A stretch of DNA of 64,000 nucleotides. It comes from Candidatus Kaiserbacteria bacterium RIFCSPLOWO2_01_FULL_50_24. GTDB taxonomy: Bacteria; Patescibacteriota; Minisyncoccia; Phycocordibacterales; UBA2100. Every line of letters begins with the position of its first letter. Positions within the stretch are counted from its first letter, which is position 1. A model generated the notes under the pieces. That model was not told the DNA's origin, did no database searches, and was given only the letters and a program-made list of their open reading frames with translations. The translations under genes and the position numbers were made by a program. Of the stretch, positions 48,286-58,741 are shown one piece after another. The stretch spans positions 30,122-94,121 of the forward strand of contig MFLU01000010.1 in assembly GCA_001783335.1 (NCBI GenBank), read 5' to 3'.

Positions 48286-49755
48286 ATGCGATGGTTCAAG
48301 GATTTTTTTGATTCAAGGAAGGTGCCGGTAGTCCCTTTGCGGCTTCACAACACTCTCGGGAATGCGCTTCAGGAGTTCACACCGCCGCGATACGGACCGG
48401 TTAAAATGTATAATTGCGGACCCACCGTATACGACGTACAGCATATCGGAAATCTTTCAATGTTCGTTTTTGCCGACACCTTGCGTCGGACACTTGAATA
48501 CAACGGCCTTAATGTGCAGCAGGTAATAAATATTACGGACTTCGGTCACCTCACCTCTGACACCGATGAAGGGGAGGACAAAATGTCAAAAGGTCTCCGG
48601 CGTGAGGGTTTGGAATTGACACTTGAAAATATGCATGCGCTTGCAGAGCGCTATACTGCCCTATTTCTTGATGATCTTCGCAAGCTCAATATTCCCGTGG
48701 ACACAATCGAATTTCCGCGCGCGTCTGATTACATCCCTGCGCAAATTGCGATGGTCAAGACGCTTGAAGAAAAGGAGTACGCGTACCGCGGAAAGGGCGG
48801 CGTGTATTTTGATACCACGCGTTTTTCTCGCTACGGCGAACTGGGAAATATTGATATATCAAAACAAAAAGAGGGCGCTCGTATCGCGACACGCGCAGAA
48901 AAGAAAAATTCCGCTGATTTTTTGCTCTGGAAATCTGACAAAAAACTCGGCTGGGAGAGTCCCTGGGGCAAGGGATTCCCGGGCTGGCACATTGAATGCT
49001 CCGCGATGATACGCTCCATTCTCGGTGAAAAAATAGACATCCACACGGGCGGTCCGGAACACATCGCGGTGCATCACAATAATGAGATCGCGCAATCAGA
49101 GGCGGTAACCGGAAAACGCCCGTTTGCGCGTTTTTGGCTGCATCGTGCGTGGATTCAACTCGAAAACGCAAAGATTGCAAAATCCGAAGGAAGTGTAATC
49201 TACCTTTCCGATATTGTCTCGCGAGGTTTAGATCCGTTAGTATATCGCTACTGGCTTTTGACCGCACACTACCGCACACCTGCGAATTTCACCTGGGAAG
49301 CGCTTGAAGCCGCACAGAATGCACTTCAACATCTTGTACGCGCTCTTAAAACACAAAAAACGGATACACATGGCGCGCCGCCCGTCGCATATACAAAACG
49401 CTTCCATGAGCGCATCAACGACGATTTGGACACACCTGGTGCCCTCGCCGTGATGTGGGAAATGGTGAAAGATACGACGCTCAAAGTGGAGGACGTTCTC
49501 GCCGGGCTTTACGATATGGACAGAGTACTAGGTCTTGGGCTTAAGAATGCCGACAAGACGTTTGCAAGTTCTATGCTTGCAGAAGAAATAACACTCACTG
49601 AATTGCCGGAGAATGTGCGAAAACTTGTTGCCGAGCGCGAAGGCGCGCGTGCGATAAAAAACTGGCAAAAAGCCGATGACTTGCGCGCGCAGATAGAAGC
49701 CGCCGGCTACTCAATAAAAGATACCGATACCAGCCCACAGATATTTAAGAAATAG
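48286..49755 (+). CDS. cysS: cysteine--tRNA ligase
   Basis: CGPTVY, HIGN, PGWHIECS, H.NE.AQ. Confidence 0.97.
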   Translation: MRWFKDFFDSRKVPVVPLRLHNTLGNALQEFTPPRYGPVKMYNCGPTVYDVQHIGNLSMFVFADTLRRTLEYNGLNVQQVINITDFGHLTSDTDEGEDKMSKGLRREGLELTLENMHALAERYTALFLDDLRKLNIPVDTIEFPRASDYIPAQIAMVKTLEEKEYAYRGKGGVYFDTTRFSRYGELGNIDISKQKEGARIATRAEKKNSADFLLWKSDKKLGWESPWGKGFPGWHIECSAMIRSILGEKIDIHTGGPEHIAVHHNNEIAQSEAVTGKRPFARFWLHRAWIQLENAKIAKSEGSVIYLSDIVSRGLDPLVYRYWLLTAHYRTPANFTWEALEAAQNALQHLVRALKTQKTDTHGAPPVAYTKRFHERINDDLDTPGALAVMWEMVKDTTLKVEDVLAGLYDMDRVLGLGLKNADKTFASSMLAEEITLTELPENVRKLVAEREGARAIKNWQKADDLRAQIEAAGYSIKDTDTSPQIFKK

Positions 49756-49768
49756 AGATTTTGGTCAG

Positions 49769-52645
49769 CTAAGTTCTTAAAACAAAGTTTACAAGGCGAT
49801 TTGGAACGACGATTACTTTTACCACTTCCCTGCCCTGTAGTCGCGTGGCCACCACTTCACGAGCGGCGCGTTCGTGCTCGACTTTGTCTGCCCTCGTAGC
49901 GATGGTCACCTCGCCGCGCACCTTGCCATCTATCTGCACGGCAATGGTTACCGTTTCGTCTTTCAGAAACTTTTCATCATATTCCGGCCACTTTTGGAGA
50001 TGAATGGACCCTTTTCCGCCACATTGAGACCATAGCTCCTCCGCGACATGCGGCACAAATGGAGCAAGGAGTTTCAAGAATATTTCCCACTGTTTTTTTC
50101 CTATCGTTTTTTCTTTCTCTGCGGCATTCATAAAAATCATCAATTGACTTATTGCCGTATTGAATTTGAACGCCGCAATATCTTCCGTAATTTTCTTTAT
50201 TGTTCGGTGTAAAGATGTTTGCAGATTTGGATTTTCTGGAAGCTTAAAGCTAGAAGCTGGAAGCTGACCCCGTCGCCATATACGCTCCAAAAAACGGCGC
50301 ACGCCTATCAGACTCTCGGTTTTCCATGCAATCGTATTCTCAAATGGCCCCATGAACATTTCGTAAAGGCGTAGAGTATCAGCTCCGTAAAGCTTCACCA
50401 CGTCGTCGGGATCAATGGTGTTTTTGAAGCGCTTACTCATTTTTCGGCCGTCTTCGGCAAGCACAAGCCCGACAGTATGAAGCTGTATGAATGGTTCCAT
50501 CGTTGAGACGATGCCTATGTCGTGCAGAAATTTGTGCCAGAAACGGGCATATATGAGGTGTCTCGTTGCATGTTCCACGCCGCCCACATACACGTCAACC
50601 GGCAACCATTTTTGTATTTTGTTTTGAAGTTTGGTACTTAGAGATTGTTTGGAATTTGGTACTTGTGATTTGAGATTTTCGCTTATGCAATAAGCGATGT
50701 GGTACCAGCTTGAGCCCGCCCACTGCGGCATCGTATTCGTTTCGCGCCTCCCTTTCCCGCCGCACGTCGGACACTTCGTATTCACCCACTTCGTGATATT
50801 GGCAAGCGGTGATTCACCGGTGCCGGACGGCGCATACGATTTCACTTCCGGCAATATAACTGGCAGATATTTTTCCGACACCGGCACCACGCCGCATTTT
50901 TCGCAATGAATCATGGGGATCGGCTCACCCCAGTATCGCTGGCGCGAAAAAATCCAATCACGCAATTTGTAGGTAGTTTTTGGTGTGCCGAAACGCGCAG
51001 TTATTTTTTTTCTCGCCTCCGCACTATCCGTACCGCTAAACTCGCCCGAATCAATGAGAATACCCTCGCCCATATATGCATCCATGCCAGAAAATATGCG
51101 TTCAGTAATGATCTGTGCTTCAGAATGTTGAAACCGTGTTTTAGTGAGGTCACGGGCGGGTATCCACACCACCTCATGCTTCTCCGCTTCTTTTGGATCA
51201 ATCTTCTCGCGTGCATCGCTTGCAAGCTCAAAAAGCAATAGAGAATTACGTGCAACGCGATTGACCCCCTTGTGCGCCGCATAGAATTCCGCCTGCGCAT
51301 CGCCACCAAGTTTGCGCACAAATCGCACATCGGTGTATCCGGTTTCCTCGGCTATCTCGCGCCGCGCCGACTCGACAACGTCTTCCCCATTCTCCACGCC
51401 GCCCGTAACATACGTGATCCACGGTTGTTTTTTCCAGCGGAGCGTCAGATAGCGATCGGTTTTCGGATCGTACACAATGTTGATCGTTGCACGCCGATGC
51501 ACCACTTCCTTGTTCGGTTGATGCGGATTGGTCGGATCCGGCAGATGCGGCATGATAACGTCGCGTATGGAAATATTGTATTTTTTAGCAAACTCAAAAT
51601 CGCGCTCGTCGTGCGCCGGAACCGCCATAATGGCACCTGTTCCTACACCCGCCAGCACATAGTCTGCGACAAATATCGGTATTTCTTCTTTCGTCGCCGG
51701 ATTAACTGCCCTTATTCCTTCAAGTAGAACTCCCGTCTTTTCCTTATGTTCCTGCCGTTCCAGATCAGACTTTTTTGCTGCAGCTTTTATATAATCCTCC
51801 ACCTCATCTGAATTTACGCAAGTCTGACTTGCGTAAATAGACTGTACGAGCGTATGCTCCGGTGCGAGTGTAAGATATGTCGCTCCAAACAGTGTGTCGG
51901 GTCTCGTTGTAAAAACCTCTATTTGAAATTTGGATTTTAAAATTTGAAATTTTATCAGTGCGCCCTCGGATTTTCCGATCCAATTTCTCTGCAGTTCTTT
52001 TATGTACTCCGGCCACGGCAGAGTGTCGAGGTCGGCAAGCAGTCGGTCGGCGTAGTCGGTAATGCGTAGAACCCATTGCGGCAAGCGTTTTTGCTCCACA
52101 ACCGTGCCGCAGCGCTCGCACGCATTTCCTTCCAGATCTTCATTTGCAAGCCCCGTCTTGCACGACGGACACCAGTTGATCGGCTCATCAGACTGATACG
52201 CGAGGCCTTTTTTAAAAAGCTGGAGAAAGATCCACTGCGTCCACTTGTAGTATTCCGGGTCGGTAGTGTTTATTTCGCGGTCCCAATCGTAGTCAAAACC
52301 TATATGCGAGAGCTGTTCCTTAAAGCGCGCGATGTTTTTCTTCACCGCCACGCGCGGATGCACTTTATTTTGGAGCGCATAGTTCTCCGCCGGAAGACCG
52401 AATGCATCCCACCCCATTGGGTGTAGCACCGATCTTCCGCGCATACGCTGAAATCGCGAGTAAATATCGCTCGCGATGTAGCCCTTGGGATGCCCCACGT
52501 GGAGCCCCTCTCCCGAGGGATACGGAAACATATCAAGTACATAGCACTTCTTTTTTCCTTTTTTTTCAGTGGAGCGGTATACTTTTTTCTTCGCCCATTG
52601 CAGTTGCCATTTTCGCTCAATAGATTTGTGATCGTATCGCTTCAT
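49769..52645 (-). CDS. leuS: leucine--tRNA ligase with inserted Nudix domain
   Basis: MFPYPSG, HVGH, SRQRYWG, KMSK; internal Nudix box. Confidence 0.97.
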   Translation of the reverse strand: MKRYDHKSIERKWQLQWAKKKVYRSTEKKGKKKCYVLDMFPYPSGEGLHVGHPKGYIASDIYSRFQRMRGRSVLHPMGWDAFGLPAENYALQNKVHPRVAVKKNIARFKEQLSHIGFDYDWDREINTTDPEYYKWTQWIFLQLFKKGLAYQSDEPINWCPSCKTGLANEDLEGNACERCGTVVEQKRLPQWVLRITDYADRLLADLDTLPWPEYIKELQRNWIGKSEGALIKFQILKSKFQIEVFTTRPDTLFGATYLTLAPEHTLVQSIYASQTCVNSDEVEDYIKAAAKKSDLERQEHKEKTGVLLEGIRAVNPATKEEIPIFVADYVLAGVGTGAIMAVPAHDERDFEFAKKYNISIRDVIMPHLPDPTNPHQPNKEVVHRRATINIVYDPKTDRYLTLRWKKQPWITYVTGGVENGEDVVESARREIAEETGYTDVRFVRKLGGDAQAEFYAAHKGVNRVARNSLLLFELASDAREKIDPKEAEKHEVVWIPARDLTKTRFQHSEAQIITERIFSGMDAYMGEGILIDSGEFSGTDSAEARKKITARFGTPKTTYKLRDWIFSRQRYWGEPIPMIHCEKCGVVPVSEKYLPVILPEVKSYAPSGTGESPLANITKWVNTKCPTCGGKGRRETNTMPQWAGSSWYHIAYCISENLKSQVPNSKQSLSTKLQNKIQKWLPVDVYVGGVEHATRHLIYARFWHKFLHDIGIVSTMEPFIQLHTVGLVLAEDGRKMSKRFKNTIDPDDVVKLYGADTLRLYEMFMGPFENTIAWKTESLIGVRRFLERIWRRGQLPASSFKLPENPNLQTSLHRTIKKITEDIAAFKFNTAISQLMIFMNAAEKEKTIGKKQWEIFLKLLAPFVPHVAEELWSQCGGKGSIHLQKWPEYDEKFLKDETVTIAVQIDGKVRGEVTIATRADKVEHERAAREVVATRLQGREVVKVIVVPNRLVNFVLRT

Positions 52646-52702
52646 TGCTTAAAACGATACCACGGCTAGAGTTTCCCTTCCAGATACTTTGTCGCGATCC
52701 TA

Positions 52703-53644
52703 TTAGCGTAGCAACGCCTTTTCAAACGGGGGGTATCGCTCCGGATCAATGGTGCGTGAGAAGCAGACCTTGCCGACGTCGCGGAGCCAATTATCGTTCT
52801 CGACTCCATCTACATACGGAGTGAGAGGCACATTCGGAACGCGAGATGAGGAACGACTATTCGTGTTGAACGTCGCGCACAACTCGAACGAAAGCGGCCC
52901 CATGACAGTATACCCATACCGCTCGCCCGTTTGTGAGTCCACCGGGATGTAATTGCCGCCAATCGGATCAATAAGCTCGTCGAGTGTCGCCGGCAACATC
53001 TTTTTCTGCTGCCAAAAATTCACGACCTGCCACTGGATGTTCTGAAGGTCACTCACCTTTTGGTCGTCAAAGCGATGCAAGCGCACCTCACCCGGCGTTC
53101 CCATAATGAAAAAACCGGCAATTATAACGGCGAGCATCAGGATACCCACCGCTAGTCCCACCGTCTTTGCGCGCGCTGGATTTGTGTTCCAATAGCCGCG
53201 AAGATCGGCAAGAAAGTGGAGAAAGACCCCGCCCGCTACAAAGAGCACAACGAGAATCTTGAGAATAAATCGCGTTGTGAGATCGCCGCCCAAGAATGTG
53301 TTGATGAGTGCGATAAGATCGCCCACTACCATGGCGCCTGCGATGAAAACGGTGAAAACCAACGCCCAACGGCGCACCCAGAGCTCGGCTTTTTCCGCCG
53401 CGCGCGCAATATCATTTCGAATAAAGCGCATCAGAACGATCGTTACCGGCACAAGCACAATCAAGGACGCCATCGCAAACCGAATGCCGCCGGAGTAGGG
53501 GTCTACATAGTGTTCAAGCGAGTCGGGGTAGGTGCGATCAATGTATTCAAACAAGAGCGCGATAAGTGCGATAACGCTTCCGTAGAGCGCAACCATCGCA
53601 CCCGCCCAGAGAAAGAAATCTTTCGGTGTTACTTTTTTGTCCAT
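52703..53644 (-). CDS. DUF5671-like membrane protein
   Basis: TPKDFF N-terminus, five TM helices, D…V.DLQ.I, LP.TL.EL, FELCATF. Confidence 0.75.
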   Translation of the reverse strand: MDKKVTPKDFFLWAGAMVALYGSVIALIALLFEYIDRTYPDSLEHYVDPYSGGIRFAMASLIVLVPVTIVLMRFIRNDIARAAEKAELWVRRWALVFTVFIAGAMVVGDLIALINTFLGGDLTTRFILKILVVLFVAGGVFLHFLADLRGYWNTNPARAKTVGLAVGILMLAVIIAGFFIMGTPGEVRLHRFDDQKVSDLQNIQWQVVNFWQQKKMLPATLDELIDPIGGNYIPVDSQTGERYGYTVMGPLSFELCATFNTNSRSSSRVPNVPLTPYVDGVENDNWLRDVGKVCFSRTIDPERYPPFEKALLR

Positions 53645-53652
53645 ACTTATTT

Positions 53653-53931
53653 TTATTTAAATGCTAAATGTTTCTCAATTCGCAAAATTGGTTTTTCATG
53701 ATTGACGGTCGTTATGGCATCTTTATCCACCGCCCTTGCCATAGGACGTATTTCAGCCATTAGTTCATCTTTTGCGTCATCGACAGCTTTATCTACTATC
53801 GCCCGCACATCCTCTTTCGTGGCGAACGCTTTCAAGTCATCTTTGGTCGCCATGATGGCGCGTATATTGTCTGATTCCTCCTTTATCAACCGTGCAAGCT
53901 TTTCAAGCCCCGATTCTTTTTTCTTTTCCAT
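53653..53931 (-). CDS. small coiled-coil protein with ATK(D/E)D repeats
   Basis: MATKDDLKAFATKEDV. Confidence 0.65.
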   Translation of the reverse strand: MEKKKESGLEKLARLIKEESDNIRAIMATKDDLKAFATKEDVRAIVDKAVDDAKDELMAEIRPMARAVDKDAITTVNHEKPILRIEKHLAFK

Positions 53932-53962
53932 AAGATACAGTATATACCACAATCGTGGCCAA

Positions 53963-55063
53963 TCAACTGTGAAGAAACTCCATAACATCGCCATCCTGTA
54001 CGATATATCCCTTACCCTCCGTGCGCAAAAGTCCCTGTTCGCGCGCCTTTGCATGGGAACCTGAGGCAAGGAGTTTATCCCACTGAATAACTTCCGCTCG
54101 TATGAATTTGTCGCGGAAATCGCTGTGAATGGCGGCACCCGCCTCTGGCGCGGTACTCCCGCGCCGCACGGTCCACGCACGGCTTTCTTTCTCGCCGGTC
54201 GTGAAAAATGAAATTAGGTTGAGTGTTTCGTACCCCTTTTTGATAAGCGCGTCCAAGCCGTCTTCCGAAACGCCAAGCTCACGCCGGAAATCCGCGCGCT
54301 CCGAATCCACCACGTCCGAAAGTTCGTGTTCCACTCCCGCGTCTACAACAACAAATGGCGCATTTTGTTCTGCAAGAAAATTTTTCAGGACACGAAATCG
54401 TTCCCCCTCTTCCGCGTCCACATTCACCGCGCCACTCTTGCGATTCAACACATATAAAATCGGCTTCATGGTGAGCAGATGAAACTGTTTGATGAGTTCT
54501 CGCTCCATGTCGTTCAACTCCAGAGAATGCGCCATTTTGCCACTTTCCAAAACCGGTGCGAGCTTCGCTAGCAAATCACGCTCTGCAATTTTTTCCTTGT
54601 CACCGCTTTTTGCCTCGCGCTCCACGCGCTCCAACTGTTTGGAAACACTTTGCCAATCGGCAAGTATCAATTCTAAATTAATCACTTCAATGTCGTTGAG
54701 GGGATCAACGGAGCCATGCACATGCGTTATATCAGGGTCATCAAACATGCGAACCACTTCGGCAATAGCGTCCACTTCGCGAATGTGCGAGAGAAACTGA
54801 TTGCCGAGACCCTCGCCTTCAGAAGCGCCCTTCACCAAACCTGCAATATCTACAAACTCCACCGCCGCAGGAATCGTCTTCGCCGAATGCGACATTTCAC
54901 TCAAGCGCGTCAGCCGCGGGTCCGGCACTGCAACAACCCCCACCGATGGGTCAATGGTACAAAACGGATAGTTCTCTGCCGGCACGCCCTTTTTTGTGAG
55001 CGCATTAAAGAGCGTTGACTTACCGACGTTGGGGAGGCCTACAATTCCTATTGACAGAGACAT
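53963..55063 (-). CDS. ychF: ribosome-binding ATPase YchF
   Basis: [29 protein letters not shown] domain. Confidence 0.98.
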   Translation of the reverse strand: MSLSIGIVGLPNVGKSTLFNALTKKGVPAENYPFCTIDPSVGVVAVPDPRLTRLSEMSHSAKTIPAAVEFVDIAGLVKGASEGEGLGNQFLSHIREVDAIAEVVRMFDDPDITHVHGSVDPLNDIEVINLELILADWQSVSKQLERVEREAKSGDKEKIAERDLLAKLAPVLESGKMAHSLELNDMERELIKQFHLLTMKPILYVLNRKSGAVNVDAEEGERFRVLKNFLAEQNAPFVVVDAGVEHELSDVVDSERADFRRELGVSEDGLDALIKKGYETLNLISFFTTGEKESRAWTVRRGSTAPEAGAAIHSDFRDKFIRAEVIQWDKLLASGSHAKAREQGLLRTEGKGYIVQDGDVMEFLHS

Positions 55064-55119
55064 GAAAATAAATTATATTGTAACCGGTTGAAAGTGCAAG
55101 GAAAAAGAGGGAGTAAGAC

Positions 55120-55641
55120 GTGGGAGCATTTCGCCGTTTGCTCATGTACGTGTTCGTGTGCGTCTCGGCATCAATAGTATTAGCACTCCTTATTGATCCA
55201 AGCACTGATCCAATAAGAGTGCGACAGTTTTTCTTCTATTATGTAAAAGAAGACCCGATCCGTGCCGCATTCGGTGGTTGGTTTTCGTCATGCGGGAACC
55301 CCTGTGTCGTAACATACAATAAAGGCGGTCCTATAGCGATATTCGAAGAGGCGGCACATGCTATCCGTAATTCGGATACATTACTCATCATCGACGGTGC
55401 TTGCAAGTCGGCCTGCGCTATAGCAGCAGACCAAGCGCGCGACCACGTCTGTATCACCAAAAAGGCAGCGTTCTCTTTTCATAAAGCGTACATTGTGGGA
55501 AGAATTCGATTTGATCCGACACAGTCACCAGACATAGATACGTGGGTGAAGGATCGTGGCGGTTATCCGACGGGGAGCTTCCTCACCATGCTTTACGAGG
55601 ACGCAAAGCGGTTTTGGAAGACGTGCCCGCCTCAACTTTAA
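55120..55641 (+). CDS. hypothetical exported protein (ClpP/crotonase-like motif)
   Basis: GG…IDGACKSACA…FH; SD GGGAG. Confidence 0.7.
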   Translation: MGAFRRLLMYVFVCVSASIVLALLIDPSTDPIRVRQFFFYYVKEDPIRAAFGGWFSSCGNPCVVTYNKGGPIAIFEEAAHAIRNSDTLLIIDGACKSACAIAADQARDHVCITKKAAFSFHKAYIVGRIRFDPTQSPDIDTWVKDRGGYPTGSFLTMLYEDAKRFWKTCPPQL

Positions 55642-55707
55642 TAACCACTCTAGCAGGTGGTTATTTTTTTGTAGTATTCGGGAACAGGCATGCTCCGTAG
55701 AAAACAC

Positions 55708-55732
55708 CCCCCGATTGGCTGACAATCGGGGG
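55708..55732 (-). terminator. intrinsic terminator
   Basis: CCCCCGATTG-GCTGA-CAATCGGGGG with a T-run on the minus strand. Confidence 0.6.
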
Positions 55733-55795
55733 CGAAGTGTGACAAGGCACGGCCTTGCCGAAGTTGCTGTAATTGGGACAAACTCTAAATTTCAA

Positions 55796-57115
55796 TTACG
55801 TATGTATGATATTGACCGCCAGCTCTTCCACTTTCCCGCGCAGGTGCGCGTAGATCCGCGGATTACGAGCAGAAAGAATCTGCAGAGCGGCGAGAGCGGC
55901 ATTTGCCGGCTCAAGCACGGTCATGACCGGCACATTGCTCGGCACGTGAAGCGAAGACCATACGTCATCGGGAAAATTCTTGACGCTTGCCGGTACCGTA
56001 ATGACCGGAATAGTCGACAAAGCGGAAAGGACCGGGCCCGCGCCGTTGCTTCTGCCGATGTAGGCGATGACTACCGAATCCGGTACTTCCTGCACCAAAC
56101 GATACAGAATCGACGCGGCGGCCACCGGCTCTTTGTGAACGGAGCAGATAATAACCGGGATATTCTCATTCGGAAAGTGCGGCGATAGCAAGTCGACCAT
56201 CTCTTCGACATTGTCACTTTCGGACCCGCGCCAGAGAATAATCCTCTGCCGCGGTAGCTTAAAGAGAGCAGTGATATCAGCCACATGACGATACTTCGCC
56301 GCAACATCGTCAAGCGCGCCGCCGTCGCGATAGGCCTGCTTGTCGATGTAGATGCCGTCTTCGACGACACGCCACGAGTCATTGTCAATGACATCTGTGA
56401 GAAGAAGACGGCCTTTCGAATCAATGCCTAATTCAACTTTGAAGTCAACCAACCTCCGACCCGCAAGCTGCCACGCCTTCTCAAGAACGAGGAACGCCTG
56501 CGAAGCGATACGACGCATCTCCGGAAAAATCTTCCACTCCTCCTGATATCCGAAGACTTGCATCTCCGGAAGGGTAAGGAACGGCTTTTGCCCGTGAATT
56601 GGCTCTGTGGGGTTGTAGAGAGCAATCTCACCCGCGCCCTCGGCATAGAACATGAGCGGGTCATCGCAGACGAGCTCGTGTGCTTTCCACCGCCTATCCT
56701 TCGTCTTGAGGAAAAACTCGATAAGAAGCTTCGGAAACAAGTGCCCCTTTTCTATGTGCGGGTTTCGCTTAAGATAGGACCCGTGCGCCTCGCGCCTCAC
56801 CACCACCTCGTAGGGAAGCATGAGACACTTCGGTGCAGTAAATGAATTCGCGCTCACCTGTTGCTTGAAAGCGACGGGCACCCCGCATGCTTGGAGAAGT
56901 CGGAAAACATTGCAGGTCGTCTCATTGGCAAGACGACCCTTGTCAGGAATCACATCGTGCTTCGCTCCATCACCTGCGGTAATGTCGTCCTTAGACGTGA
57001 GAACCACCAAACGATCATCACCCTTAACTTGATGAATCGTCTTGGTCTTTCCTTCGGCTATCAACATGCCGAGGGGATACTTGGTTGAAAGCCGTTCAAC
57101 CGTTTGAGCGCCCAT
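55796..57115 (-). CDS. bifunctional SAICAR synthetase / AIR carboxylase (PurC-PurE, PAICS-like)
   Basis: EGKTK, KDDITAGDG, D.KVE.G, DVIDNDSWR; C-terminal GS.SD, SVHK, GRSNG. Confidence 0.9.
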   Translation of the reverse strand: MGAQTVERLSTKYPLGMLIAEGKTKTIHQVKGDDRLVVLTSKDDITAGDGAKHDVIPDKGRLANETTCNVFRLLQACGVPVAFKQQVSANSFTAPKCLMLPYEVVVRREAHGSYLKRNPHIEKGHLFPKLLIEFFLKTKDRRWKAHELVCDDPLMFYAEGAGEIALYNPTEPIHGQKPFLTLPEMQVFGYQEEWKIFPEMRRIASQAFLVLEKAWQLAGRRLVDFKVELGIDSKGRLLLTDVIDNDSWRVVEDGIYIDKQAYRDGGALDDVAAKYRHVADITALFKLPRQRIILWRGSESDNVEEMVDLLSPHFPNENIPVIICSVHKEPVAAASILYRLVQEVPDSVVIAYIGRSNGAGPVLSALSTIPVITVPASVKNFPDDVWSSLHVPSNVPVMTVLEPANAALAALQILSARNPRIYAHLRGKVEELAVNIIHT

Positions 57116-57255
57116 GGCCTGTCCTATCCTTTCCTTGGTTTGGATTACGTAAAAGACCAGACTCTGCCGATATCTTACTCTAGAGTCCCAGAATAGCAAA
57201 AATTTTCATATCAATATCTGCTTCCGCATCTTTGTGATATATGATATAAGATTGT

Positions 57256-58698
57256 ATGCCAAAAGAGCTTGCGCTGACTCGCTTTGATACGCCTCACGTA
57301 CCGCGGCCACATGTAAATGCCATCGTTCGTCCACATCACTTCTTCTCACCCGAAGATCGCCGAAGGGCCGCTCTCATCGCTGGCTGGAACGTATTCCAGT
57401 TTCCGTCTGAAATGCTTCAGGGTGGTGATTTACTTTCGGATTCCGGTACAACGACACTAACCCTTGAGCAACTTTCAGCCATGGTTTTAGGTGACGAGGC
57501 ATATGGAAGCAATTGGGGGTATTTCCAGTTACTTGAAACATTTGAAAAAACATTCGGCATTTCACAGAAAACTTGGAACATATATCTTTTTCATCAAGGT
57601 CGTGCGGCCGAACATGCTCTCTACTCGCACATTGGCAAGAGCGGTCTTGTGATACCTTCAAACGGATTTTTTGATACCACACGTGCAAACGCTGAAGCAA
57701 ATGGCATTAGAGCGCTTGATATACCAAGAGTACGCTATACAAAAAATGAGATTTTTGGAGGAGATATAGACCTCGTCGAACTTGAACGTACGCTGAAAAC
57801 GCATACCGCATCAGTGCCATTTGTACTTCTTACCATCACAAACAACACCGGTGGCGGCCAGCCGGTCTCTATGGAGAACATACAAGAGGTGCGGACATTG
57901 TGTAAACGCTATAAAACGTCACTATTTCTAGACGCATGCCGATTTGCTGAAAACGCGTGGTTTATCAAGCGGCACGAAGCGGGCCATGCACAAAAATCAA
58001 TCTCAAAGATTGTGCATGACATGTTCTCACTATGTGACGGATTTACTATCTCACTCAAAAAAGACGGTCTCTCGCACATGGGGGGTGCGTTGGTGATTCG
58101 TAACTCCGCTCCCCTCCTCAAACATAAACCGCAACTTGCGGAGGAGTTGCGCGATCACCAAATACTTACCGAAGGACATCCAACGTACGGCGGTATGACG
58201 GGTCGAGACATTATGTCTGCTGTGGAGGGGTTACGGCATGTTGTGGACGAGCATTACCTTGAGGGGCGTATTGGGCTTGTGCATGATTTTGGGTCATACC
58301 TTGCAAAACTTGGAATTCCGATTGTGAAGCCCGTGGGAGGACATGCGGTGTATATAGATGTAGACCGTTTTTTTGCCGGAACCAAGATGAAGCGCGAAGA
58401 TTTTGGCGGCATATCACTTACGGCGCTGTTACTTCTTAAGGGTGTGCGCTTATGCGAGTTGGGTGCATTTGCATTTGGAACATATGATTCAAAAGCAAAA
58501 AAGGATGTGCTTCCTCCAAAAAATTATGTGCGCGCCGCGGTGCCGAGAAATAAGTACGAACAGAACGATTTATATTATGTTGCCGATTGCATAAAGGGGC
58601 TTTTTGAAAATCGGGAGAAACTGCCCAGAGCAGTCCCAACGTATGGAAGAGATAAAACCCTGCGACATTTTAAAGCGCGATTTAGACTCGAGTGGTAG
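57256..58698 (+). CDS. tryptophanase / tyrosine phenol-lyase family PLP enzyme
   Basis: DLLSDSGT, GDEAY, HQGRAAE, GGQPVS, DACRF.EN, S.KKDG, EG.PTYGG. Confidence 0.92.
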   Translation: MPKELALTRFDTPHVPRPHVNAIVRPHHFFSPEDRRRAALIAGWNVFQFPSEMLQGGDLLSDSGTTTLTLEQLSAMVLGDEAYGSNWGYFQLLETFEKTFGISQKTWNIYLFHQGRAAEHALYSHIGKSGLVIPSNGFFDTTRANAEANGIRALDIPRVRYTKNEIFGGDIDLVELERTLKTHTASVPFVLLTITNNTGGGQPVSMENIQEVRTLCKRYKTSLFLDACRFAENAWFIKRHEAGHAQKSISKIVHDMFSLCDGFTISLKKDGLSHMGGALVIRNSAPLLKHKPQLAEELRDHQILTEGHPTYGGMTGRDIMSAVEGLRHVVDEHYLEGRIGLVHDFGSYLAKLGIPIVKPVGGHAVYIDVDRFFAGTKMKREDFGGISLTALLLLKGVRLCELGAFAFGTYDSKAKKDVLPPKNYVRAAVPRNKYEQNDLYYVADCIKGLFENREKLPRAVPTYGRDKTLRHFKARFRLEW

Positions 58699-58741
58699 AA
58701 AAAGTCGCCATCCCAAATAATTGATATGGCGACTGGAATAT

